A DNA stretch of 64,000 nucleotides from Octopus bimaculoides. Its lineage: Eukaryota. Both the position numbers and the translations under genes were made by a program. Of the stretch, positions 1 through 10,527 are shown piece by piece; the first letter of the stretch is position 1, and each line of letters begins with the position of its first letter. The notes below the pieces were generated by a model, which was not told the origin of the DNA, did not search any database, and saw only the letters and a program-made list of their open reading frames with translations. Location: assembly GCF_001194135.2 (NCBI RefSeq), contig NC_068986.1, forward strand, positions 74,196,776 to 74,260,775, in the 5' to 3' direction.

Positions 1-20
1 AAAAGTATAAAAAAACGGTG

Positions 21-81
<61 letters not shown>

Positions 82-121
82 ATTATTTTAAGGAAGAAAG
101 TCAAAGCAAGACTCCACATTA

Positions 122-182
122 ATTGCGAATTAGCTAATTTCAAGACTAAGATCTTAGATAGATTTTCTATCTTCAGCGCAAT
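122..182 (-). ncRNA. Hammerhead-ribozyme-like motif (type I, Penelope terminal-repeat style)
   Basis: Minus strand: ATTGCG-CTGAAGA-(28 nt)-GAAATTAGCTAAT-T-CGCAAT; 6-bp stem I, intact CUGANGA and GAAA, 10-nt palindromic stem III; stem II closing pair non-canonical. Confidence 0.6.
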
Positions 183-187
183 ATATG

Positions 188-465
188 TGTTATAAACCCA
201 AACTGGAATATCTAAATTTAAAAGGTTATAATCAACTAAAAATACAGCAATCTCAATACAAACAAAGATTACTAAATTGTAAGCAAAACCAAACTTCAGC
301 ACAATAACAGTTTTATGCAGCAAGTTGCTACAGTCTTGACTAACTAAAAACCAACACTGAACACATTGTGCCGCAAACAGAATAGAACTCTATGCAGCTG
401 CACTGCAAGCAAATAACAGCAATTGAGACAATCAAAATCACGTGATCAAAACTAAAATCACAACA
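188..465 (-). repeat. 3' LTR of the Gypsy element
   Basis: TGT...ACA termini; direct repeat of 4530-4809 with about 19 differences by hand alignment (~93% identity). Confidence 0.95.
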
Positions 466-481
466 TTTTCCCCCTCTAAAG
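466..481 (-). promoter_or_regulatory. Polypurine tract (minus strand ...TAGAGGGGGAAAA) abutting the 3' LTR
   Basis: Plus strand ttttccccctctaaag directly follows the LTR boundary at 465. Confidence 0.85.
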
Positions 482-1427
482 AAAAAGAACAATTAACCAA
501 CAAAATGCAAAATACAAACATAACCATGAGCCAACAACGTAATGATGTGGCATTTCATAAGCGTAACACATTATCAATCAGAAATTTAACCTATCAGGAA
601 ATTTTTTTTTGTTCTGGATGAATGCCAGTGCAAAGTAGTTTCAGGTTCTGGTTCTTGGGCTGGTGTAGGTGGGACAGAATCAGTCACGGTATCAGAAAAA
701 CCACCACGGTGCTCATGCATTTGAGTAGGATCAGTGTCAGCAACATCGGTTTGATCCCTACTTAACTGATACTCACTCCTCAGTCATTTTGCCAGTAGGA
801 GCTAAATCTCTAATGGACACAGTACTTTCACATCCATCTGGGTACTGCACCCTCCCATGGTTAGGGTTAATTTGCACCAATTGGGCTTCATCTACTAATA
901 GATCATACTTATTGCATACATGTTGTTTAACAAACACTTTGTCAGGTCCTTGCATTAACCAAGTAGGAACAGAAACACCACACATAGAACATCTGGGAAA
1001 TTTAAAGAATCTCTCATGCGGGGTCTCATTAGTTGTTGTGCATAATAATGAATGTTGTGAATGCAAAACTTCTGGAAGCACAACTTCCCATTGAGAAACT
1101 GGTAAATTTCTGCTATGTAAGGCCAATTTAATGGAATTCCATATTACTCCATTATACCTTTCACATTCAGCATTTCCATGAGAATTGTACACCATAGAAT
1201 GAGTAATCTATATACCCCTATCGTACAGAAATTGTTTAAGTTCTTTAGATACAAAACATTTAGCATTATCACTATGAATAACTGCAGAAAATTTGAAAAG
1301 ATTAAACAAAACCTTCAAATTACTAATAACGGAATGAGCACTAGTATCAGTGCATGGAAAAATAAATGAAGAACATGAATACTCTTCCACAACAGTTAAA
1401 AAATAATGGTTCTTTGATACTGAAGGT

Positions 1428-1742
1428 GTGGAGGCGCAATGGCCCAGTGGTTAGGGCAGTGGACTCGCAGTCGGAGGATCGCGGTTTCGATTACCAGACC
1501 GGGCGTTGTGAGTGTTTATTGAGCGAAAACACCTAAAGCTCCATGAGACTCCAACAGGGGATGGTGGTGACCCCTGTTGTACTCCTTTGCCTCAACTTTC
1601 TCTCACTTTTTCTTCCTGTTTCTTGAGTAACACTGCGATGGACTGGCATCTCGTCCAGCTGGGGAGGAACACATACACCACTAAAACTGGGAAACTGGGC
1701 CCATGAGCCTGGCTAGGCTTTAAAAGGGCACATAGATAGATA
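1428..1742 (+). mobile_element. tRNA-derived SINE inserted in the Gypsy integrase
   Basis: tRNA-like head with A/B boxes, (TAGA)n tail, 12-bp TSD GATACTGAAGGT at 1416-1427 and 1743-1754; removal restores GPLPSVS-KNHYFLTVV in frame. Confidence 0.92.
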
Positions 1743-4529
1743 GATACTGAAGGTAGGGGTCCTTTAAAATCAACACTCAATCTTTCAAAAGCTTGAGTAG
1801 ATTTAATTACTGATGAAACAGAGGTTTTAGTAAAGTGAGGCTTCAACTCACAACATTACACAATTGTTAGTTATATGATTTACACCATCTACAGAGTATA
1901 GTAAATTCTAGACTTTAATATAATGAAATAATCGTGTGATCCCAGGATGACACAGTACTGCATAAACACAGTACAGTTCATTATCAGTCGTAGCTGTGCA
2001 ATATGTATATGATAAAGCATCTGATGCAACATTAAACTTACCTTGGTGGTAAATATCAAATTTATACTGGGCTAGTTTGATTCACCAACGTATTATCTTT
2101 TCATTTTTAGGTCTACTGTACTTTTGACAATTAAACATAAAAGCAACACTGTTTTGATCACTTATTAGTGTGAAGTTACATTCAAAAAGAAAATGAGACC
2201 ATTTTCTCACAGATTCTACAATCGCCATCGCCTCTTTTTCAATACAAGAATAACAACGCTCACTTGGGTTGAGAGTTCTTCAAAAAAATGCAACTGGCTT
2301 TCCATTTTGGTGTAAAATGCCAGATATAGCTAACTCCGATGCATCTGTTTCTATTGAGAAAGGAAGACTTTCATCAACCGTTTTTAAGGTAGCATTTGTT
2401 AAATCATCTCGTAAAGCTTTTAAATTTGACAAGGCTTGTTCACTCAAAGGAAAATATTTAGTATCAACCAACGGTTTTATCTTTTCAGAGCATTTTGGAA
2501 TCCATTTGGAATAATATGCAAATAAACCAACAATTCAACTCACTGTTTTGTGGGTACTAGGAATAGGTAGTTCCAACAAGGGTTTTACCTGGTCAGGGTC
2601 AGGCTTCAAGTTATCATTTTGAATTTCATAGCCAAGCAATCGAATCAGTGTAGCGCTGTAAATGCATTTGGCATCATTAAAAGTTATATTACAGTCTTTA
2701 GTAACTTGAAGAAAATGCTTTAAATTTTGATCATGTTCTTCCTTCGATTTACCACACACAGTTATGTTGTCGATATATGCAAAAGTAGCTCTACAATTAT
2801 GGCTTTCAATTATATTAGCTATCACTCTCTGGAAACAGGGCACTGCATTTGTAAATCTGAAAGCAATATGTTTGCTTTGATATAATTTTCCCTGTGCTTT
2901 GAAAGGTCGACCTTCAACTGGAATCTCAACTTGATGATATGCACTTTAAAGATCCAGTGTGCTAAAATAATTAAATTGAGCTTTTTTTGTGACCATGTCA
3001 TGCATATTTGGCAGTGGATATCCATCTAATTGTGTAAACTTATTTATAGTCTCACTATAATCAATACACAGTCTCTTGTGATGATTTTCTCCTGATATTA
3101 CCAATACCTGGACTCTCCAGGGTGAGACACTGGGTTCAATTACCTGTTCTGCCAGATCGTGGCTTATAGTATCAGCAATAAATTTTTCATTATTGGCGGA
3201 CTGTCTTCTCAATTTTGTAACTTTGGGTTTACAGTCAGAGTTTAAATTTCAAACAACCTCAGTGTAATGCAATTGAGAGCTCCCAAATGTAACGGGGGCT
3301 TGTTGCCGTCAAAAGTAATTTGTACATGTTGATGCTGTTTTAAGAAATTTTGTCCTAAAATTACATCTACAAACAAATTATCAAGTACCACCAACTTTAC
3401 TTGCTCGTAAATTCTTCCTTGAAGTTCAATTGAACCCATACAAAAACCGTCGCTTTGGGAATGATTTCCATTGACAGCCATGTTAATTTCATTCCTTTCG
3501 GACTTCACCAATAATTTGGTTTTCTTTTTTTGCAAAGTCTTTGCTAATATGATTCATAGTTGAGCCGGTATCAATCAAAGCAAATGCTTTCCATACCATC
3601 AACTGTTATTGTATAATTAACTTTAGTAGCAGCTCCACCTTGATATAAAACCACGGCAAAGTTGCCATCAAGAGCTACTGATATCTTATCAAAATTTTTG
3701 CGGTTACTTGACCAGCATTCTTGAGCAAAATGACCAAAATATCCACATTTGTTACACTTGCTCCACCTAGTGGGAAACTTAAACCTCAGATGAAAATCAT
3801 TAGATCTGCAAAAGGGGCAGGACTTTTGCATTCATTTTATTGCTGCACAAGCTGTGTTTCAGTCAGGAATTGAGATTTTGTCTTCTTCACATGGAATAAA
3901 TGTTGACGAACAGCTTCCCTGGCTATTTATATCAATATGACTGCTATTATACACTTCGGAATTCCTTTGAGCAACTTCCAGTGTGTGAGCTTGGTTAAAT
4001 ATTGCTTCTAAAGTTATCACCGTATCTTGAACATTTACTAAAAGTCTAAGGTGAGTTGAAGATGACGTTAATGCTGAGATAAATGCGTCACAAACAGCTT
4101 CATTGTTATGAGTCTCAGTGTCCACTGCTCTGTACCCGCAATCTTTAGTTAGTCATTTCAATTTCTGTAAATAGTCGTCAACAGATTGACTTGGTTCTTG
4201 TTGGCACGTCATTAAAAGGTGTCTTGCAAAAATAATGTTCAAGGGTTTCACGTACAGTCTCTCCAGAGTTTGAATTGCTTCTGCGTAATTCTCATATTCA
4301 TTTATGAGTTCGTAAACATCTTTATCTAAGTGCGCTATTAAACACCTAATCTTGCTTTCATCAGTGAAAGGCAGTTCAGGTGGAAATGATTCTAAAAATT
4401 TTTTAAAGTTCTGAACCAATATTTCCATTCTTTTGAAGCTTGACTCGAACTTGGATCAGTGGTGAACAAATTTTGTTTTATAGATTTACTGTCTATTCTC
4501 TCTTTCTGGTTATTTTTAGTTGATTAAAT

Positions 4530-4809
4530 TGTTATAAACCCAAACTGGAATATCTAAGTTTAAAAGGTTTTAATCAACAAAAAAATACAGCAATCTACAA
4601 TACAAACAAAGATTGCTAAATTGTAAGCGAAACCAAACTTCAGGACAATAACAGTTTTATGCAGCAAGTTGCTACAGTCTCGACTAACTATAAACCAACA
4701 CTGAACATATCGTGCTGCAAACAGAATAGAACTCTGCGCAGCTGCACTGCAGGCAAATAACAGCAATCAAGACAATCAAAATCACGTGATCAAAACTAAA
4801 ATCACAAAA
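4530..4809 (-). repeat. 5' LTR of the Gypsy element
   Basis: Direct repeat of 188-465; one terminus mutated (ACA to AAA on plus strand). Confidence 0.95.
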
Positions 4810-4823
4810 ATATATGAACTTAT

Positions 4824-4887
4824 ATTGTGGTGAAGATAGAAGAAAATCTATTTAAGATTTTAATCTTGAAATTAGCTAATTCACAAT
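4824..4887 (+). ncRNA. Second, inverted copy of the hammerhead-like motif (core C3 mutated to G)
   Basis: ATTGTG-GTGAAGA-...-GAAATTAGCTAAT-T-CACAAT; reverse complement of 122-182. Confidence 0.5.
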
Positions 4888-5047
4888 TAATGTGGTGTCT
4901 TTTTAAATATCTTCTCTGTAGCACAATTTCAATCGCATGTATTTATGGAGTTTGTTCAACCTCTTGATAAACTCCGACACTTGGGTCAATTCGTAATGCT
5001 CGGACATTGATTCTGTATGGAGGAGATAAGTGTTGTTTCAACTTTAT

Positions 5048-5085
<38 letters not shown>

Positions 5086-5348
5086 CCTATACGAAAGTCA
5101 TTATATTTAAACAAAGTATAAGCAACTTTTCAAGTGAGAATTTTGCTACTTTGATAACAGTTACAATACTTATTTTACCAAATATTTGGTTGATATTTAA
5201 ATACACAAGTATATATATATATTTATATATATAATTATTAATTTAATATATAAATTGTTTATTTCCATGCTGACTATCATTAATGTGATTTTTATCCTTA
5301 TTTTATGAGTGTATATATATATATATATTATATATATATATATATATA

Positions 5349-5969
5349 GTGATATTTTAAATTCTCAATCGCAGAATAATGCTAATAATATAGCCTGAAC
5401 AGGATAAACTATCCCTATTTTGCAGAGAAAAGTGTAGGTGACTAGCTGTGAACTCGAACTCACATCCCCGTCATTACATGTGACGATGCTTTTGCCGATT
5501 AAGGTAAACTACCCACTACAAATTCCTCTGCAAATTAAGATATATAAATCTCGCATTATGAGACGCTCTCAAAATATCACTTCTTTAACTTTCTAAAAAA
5601 GACATCTCAACGCTTCTAAAAGCAAGCTCCGCTTGTTTATTTACGTTTGTCGTAATTTGAATTTAATATATAAGAGCATCTCATAAAGCGAGATTTATAT
5701 ATCTTAATTTGCAGAGGAAATTGGGTAGTTTAGCTTAATCGGCAAAAGCATCGTCACATGTAATGACGGGGATGTGAGTTCGAGTCCACAGCTAGTGACC
5801 TACACTTTTATCTGCAAAATAGGGATAGTTTATCCTGTTCAGGCTATATTATTAGCATTATTCTGTGATTGAGAATTTAAAATATCACTTCTTTAACTTT
5901 CTAAAAAAGACATCTCAACGCTTCTAAAAGCAAGCTTCGCTTGTTTATTTACGTCTGTCATAATTTGAA

Positions 5970-5990
<21 letters not shown>
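5349..5990. repeat. Inverted plus direct duplication (A-S-A'-S) embedded in (TA)n, with tRNA-like segment
   Basis: 5349-5569 is the reverse complement of 5673-5888; ~100-nt spacer 5571-5672 is repeated at 5879-5980. Confidence 0.9.
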
Positions 5991-6012
<22 letters not shown>

Positions 6013-6643
6013 TTAAGTTTCAGTTATAACATGATCATATTGTTAAGTATAAATACATTTGCATACATACACGTAGTAAAGTTGACCTTAGTGTATGAAA
6101 GAGAGAGAGAGAGGGTTTATACTTGAATCTGATTGATGGTACACGTGAAATGATGACAGATGTACCTGTAATATCTCTCAGGTAGTTGGATATCTTCATA
6201 TATCATCTAACTCAGTGGTTCTCAAGCTAATGAATATCAGCACCACAATTCCTCAAAAAAAAAAAAAAACCCCCTGAAATTTTTGGGATCTACTCTTCTT
6301 CATTTATAAGTAAACTAAATAGAATTTGTTATGTTTATGATTTTTTTGTAAGATTCTTCATGTGAAAACGTGTTGAAACAGATATTGTTATACTTGGGGG
6401 ACAGTCTTTTTTTTCTTAGGTGTAGTGGAGGGATACTAATTATGTCTTTTATTGGCAAGAAAAATATGACTGTCCACAAGTATAACAATATAATAGAATT
6501 TTTGTTATCCACATAAATCTTCATCTTTTGCCTTCATGTTGGAAAAGATTAAGTTTTAAATGCATTTTCAATCTTCCCAGCACTCACTACCTCCATTTAA
6601 AAAACATTGGTCTCAACCATCTTCTGTTTTTTCTTTGCATTAG

Positions 6644-6997
6644 GATGAATCACGGCCTATGTCATTTACTGCCACTACTCCACCACCAATCAATGTGAAA
6701 CGCAGGTCATCATCTCCAAATCTCGATGCTCTCAGTGACCCAAGCCACAACGTGATCTCAGAAAGCAGCAGTAGCCCAGAAGGGGAGCTAACTTCCCAAA
6801 TATCAGAGGGTGACAGTGAAAACAGCATCGGTGAAATTGACCCAAGTGTCGGAGGTTATCAAGAGGTTGATCAGAACCACGAAAGTATCTATGAACCAAA
6901 GCGTGTCTTCTTGCCCCAAATTAAAATTGAAAGAAAATTTTTCACCGAACTTCAACAACTTGAATCATTAATAAATTCTGGCGGTACAAACGAACAG
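6644..6997 (+). CDS. PLEKHH: PLEKHH-family gene, first internal coding exon in window (DESRPMSF...GGTNEQ), 354 nt, phase 0/0
   Basis: Polypyrimidine tract + TAG acceptor (6641-6643), stop-free frame, CAG|GTGAG donor; joins in frame to next exon. Assignment to the gene rests on the exon chain, not on homology of this exon. Confidence 0.8.
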
Positions 6998-7235
6998 GTG
7001 AGTTAGAATTATTACAGGAAAATGGTCTAACATTCCTACTTTTTCTTCATTGTTGAACTCTGTGCGATAATCCCTACAGAATCAAATTTTCTCAAATAGT
7101 CCACTACCGAAATGCTGACCAGATTTGAACTTCTTTCTTTAGATCAGAACTACTGCACCCAATGGATTTATTATCATTATTATTATCATCATCATCATCA
7201 TCATTATTATTATTATCATTATTATTATTATTATA

Positions 7236-7470
7236 TGAAGGCGCATGGCCTAGTGGCTAGGGGTGCTGGACTCACAATCTTGTGATCGTGATTTCAATTC
7301 CAAGGTCAGGTAGTGCATTGTGTTCTTGAGCAAAGCACTTTGTCTCGTGTTGCTCTATGGTCACTTCAACACTTGACACATGGTACACAGTGCACCTGTT
7401 CAGACAATGTCGATTTGATCACTATAAACGAATCATTTGTACAAGTTGTTTGGCGAAAGCTGAACACTCA
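7236..7470 (+). mobile_element. tRNA-derived SINE, degenerate
   Basis: tRNA-like head (ggcgcatggcctagtgg...ttcaattcc) and gttcttgagcaa segment shared with 62268 and 11690-12030. Confidence 0.65.
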
Positions 7471-7527
7471 TATGTCATCTTTGATGGGAGAATTCATCAT
7501 CATTATTATTATTATTAATATTATCAT

Positions 7528-7950
7528 TGTGTGAGAGACAATGCTTGCCATCAAAGTGGCATTGGGTACAAATATATAAGCCCAAATACCCATCATGATT
7601 ACCTGTCTGATAAGGGTACACCAGGCACATGCTTCGCAACCATATGTGTGTGACATAGTGACCTGATACCAAGATAAACTGCACATAACCTTGCAGGTGG
7701 GACCCAGTTAGAATTTTCTTCCGGTCAAGTGACCCATCCCACTCAAAAGGTCCCTGAATAAGGGTTGTTTAAGGATAATGAAAAAAACTCATGTTTCCAG
7801 GGGTGAATTATACAAACCCTAAAGAATTACTCTTAACACATGGTTATGATTCTCCCCTACTACTCCTGCTTGTGATTAGAAATGCACATATCATCAACCA
7901 CTAAGGGACATGCTCAAACTGGTTAAGCTCAAGCAAATCTCTGATTGAAC
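7528..7950 (-). mobile_element. Partial copy of the ~540-nt (ATT)n-associated non-autonomous element
   Basis: Colinear with 8103-8646 and 17039-17590. Confidence 0.85.
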
Positions 7951-8102
7951 AGATTCAAATCCTGCCTGGGTTGACTTCGCCTTTCATCCTTTTGGGGGTC
8001 GATGAAACAAGTACCAACTGAGCTCTGAAGTCAACATTATCGACTCCTCACAAAATTTCTGGCATTGTGCCTATAACAGAAAGGATTATTATTATTATTA
8101 TT

Positions 8103-8646
8103 GAATTAGAGAGTAGTGCATGTCATCAAAGTGACACTGGGGTAAAATATATAAGCCCAAATACCCATCATGATTACCTGTCTGATAAGGGTACACCAGG
8201 TGCATGCATCACAACCATATGTATGCGACATGGTGATCTCATATCAAGATAAACAGTGCATGACCTTACAAGTGAAGCCCAGTTAGAATATTCTTCAGGT
8301 CAAGTGTCCCATCCCACCCAAAAGGTCCCTGAATAAGGATGTTGAACAAAGCACCTGTTTCTAAAGGTGAATTGTCCAAACTCCGAAGAATTCCTCTCAA
8401 CGCTTGGCTATAATGCTGCCCACCTACTTCTGTTTGTGATTAGAGTTGCACATATCATAAGCCACTAAGGGATATGCTCAACTGGTTAAAGTCAAACAAC
8501 TGACAAGAAAATCTGTGATATTGAGCAGAATATTTACTGTAGCCCATCTTTTATACCAAGACATAATAATGTACATGATAACACTTCCAATCAGTTAAGA
8601 TGAGAAGCCATGAGAGCCACTACTTGGTACTGCATCAGGGCATTTA
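8103..8646 (-). mobile_element. Full copy of the ~540-nt (ATT)n-associated non-autonomous element
   Basis: Flanked by (ATT)n on both sides; no long ORF; orientation inferred from (AAT)n tail. Confidence 0.85.
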
Positions 8647-9168
8647 TTATTATTATTATTACTACTATTATTATTATTATTATTATATTTGTGCCAAGAA
8701 TGGCCCATGTGAATGGGCCTACTCTAAGTGTGTGCCTGTAGGCTGAATGGAATGAAGAGGAGAGGGGTGCCTTTGGTGTTAGGGAGTCCAAAGTGTGTGA
8801 GATTTCTTTGGTCACCTCTCGGTGGAACTCCCTTCTATTGGGAAGTATATTGTTGGTTTTAATCTCTTTGTTAATTGTTGTGTTGTTTTGCTGCTTACAT
8901 GTTTAACCACACTGTCCCTCGTCTGTGTATTGTCTTTTATGTTTTGTGTTTGGCCCTGATGGCCAATAAATAATAATTGTCATCATTATCATCATCATTA
9001 TTACTATTATTATTATTATTATTATTATTGTGGTGGTGATATTATGAACATGAGTTTTATTTTCAGTTTTCTTATGTAATAAATCTAAAATGCATAAAAG
9101 GATTTATGTGTGTTGATCTATTATTTCTCTTCCTCTCTCAGACATAGTCTCCTTTCTATATCTTTTGA

Positions 9169-9209
<41 letters not shown>

Positions 9210-9719
9210 TCTCACTGTGTCTCTCTCTCTTGTTTGTTCTTTCTTACTTGCTCTATCTCAGAATCTTTATCACGTTTTTACAAAATATTTTTATTAGCTA
9301 TTTCAGGTAGTAATTTTCAGCTTTGACTCGATATCACTTCAACTTTGATGTGACAGTAATCTTTATAGTATTGCTATTGCCCATAGATGTAATCTACAAG
9401 ATTGTATGTTACACATTGAAATTTACTGATGTCTGATTTAGTTAGCCTATAAGTTTTAAGCTGTTGTCATTTCTTTTCCTCAGTCACGTTATATTTTCTT
9501 TTGCAATACTTTATTATGAAGTTTATCCTTGGAATTTTCTGTGAGTATATTCTCTCTAGTCGGAATAGAAGGAACAATGGCCATAGTAAGAAGAAGAAAC
9601 CACATATCTGAATTAGTGGTTATAGCACATTGATGAGTATCTAGGGCTATAATTGAAAACATTTGTGTATATGTGTGTTTATCCCATACATACAAGCAGT
9701 ATTCTAACATGGGTCTGGC

Positions 9720-9949
9720 TTAACCCCTTTGCATTCAGATTACTCTGTCAAATGTAAAGCTTATTTATTCACATTGTTTTGCATTAATCATGCATTATCT
9801 TGTAAACTTCAAGATTTTGATGATCTGATTGTTTATTTTTAGAATGAAATTGTAGGGTAAATGTGTGAGGCTTGGATCTGGCTGGTTTGAACATAAAACA
9901 AGTAGAATATTTGAGTCATATATATCTGGTTTAAGTGTTAAAGGGTTAA
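9720..9949. mobile_element. piggyBac-type MITE (TTAA-CCCTT...AAGGG-TTAA)
   Basis: TTAA flanks and CCCT termini; further copies at ~10756-10982, ~28205-28431, 30791-31021, 55806-56037, partial at ~28890-28984, ~47740-47855, ~63594-63770. Confidence 0.85.
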
Positions 9950-10088
9950 GTCATTGTCTTTAAGTGTTCCTACTGTCTATAAATTCTTGCTCATTTTCAA
10001 AAGTATTATCAAATAGTGATGTGAGTTAAATGCATATTCCAAATATGTTCTGGTGAATATGGAGGCAACAGGAGCATCAAAGTTATTC

Positions 10089-10335
10089 CTTTATTCTTTT
10101 ACATGTTTCAGTCATTTGACTGCAGCCATGCTGGAGCACCACCTTAAAGGGTTTTAGTCAAACTAATAGATTGCAGGATTTATTCTTTGTAAGCCTAGTA
10201 CTTATTCTATTGGTCTCTTTTCCCAAACCACCAAGTTACCGGGATGTAAACACACCAGCATCATTTGTCAAGCAATGGTGGGGGGACAAACACAGACACA
10301 GACACACATACACACACATTAATATACATACATAC

Positions 10336-10366
<31 letters not shown>

Positions 10367-10527
10367 TACGATGGGCTTCTTTCTGTTTCTACCTACCAAA
10401 TCCACTTACAAGGTTTTAGTTGGTCTCAGGCTATAGTAAAAGACATCTGTCTAAGTTACCACACAGTGGGACTGAACCTGGAACCATATGGTTGGGAAGA
10501 AAGCTTCTTACCACATACCTATGCCTG
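10089..10527 (-). mobile_element. Major SINE family A (tRNA-like head, internal microsatellite, conserved tail)
   Basis: Head ...gtgtggtaagaagctt...ggttcagtccc, internal (TA)/(CA)n, tail ...gctccagcatggctgcagtcaaatgactgaaaca. Confidence 0.88.

Larger units (their letters stand above)
188..4809 (-). mobile_element. Decayed full-length Ty3/Gypsy LTR retrotransposon (gag-PR-RT-RNaseH-IN order)
   Basis: Two ~280-nt LTRs; gag with CxxCxxxxGHxxxxC knuckle (~3715-3760); protease LIDTGS (~3560-3580); RT (SPWRVQVLV, DYSETINKFTQLDGYPLP, YIDN); RNase H (IETDAS); integrase (CHPG, VDFKGPLP, HSDN, GNAECERYNG); many stops and frameshifts. Confidence 0.96.

Noticed and set aside
5724-5796. Functional tRNA-Thr(TGT) gene
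   Set aside because: A at position 33, imperfect T and acceptor stems, and it is embedded in a duplicated repeat; treated as tRNA-derived sequence.
8680-8990. Segment ending GGCCCTGATGGCCAATAAA(TAA)n, possibly another LINE 3' end
   Set aside because: Single copy in the window with no diagnostic peptide; family cannot be supported.
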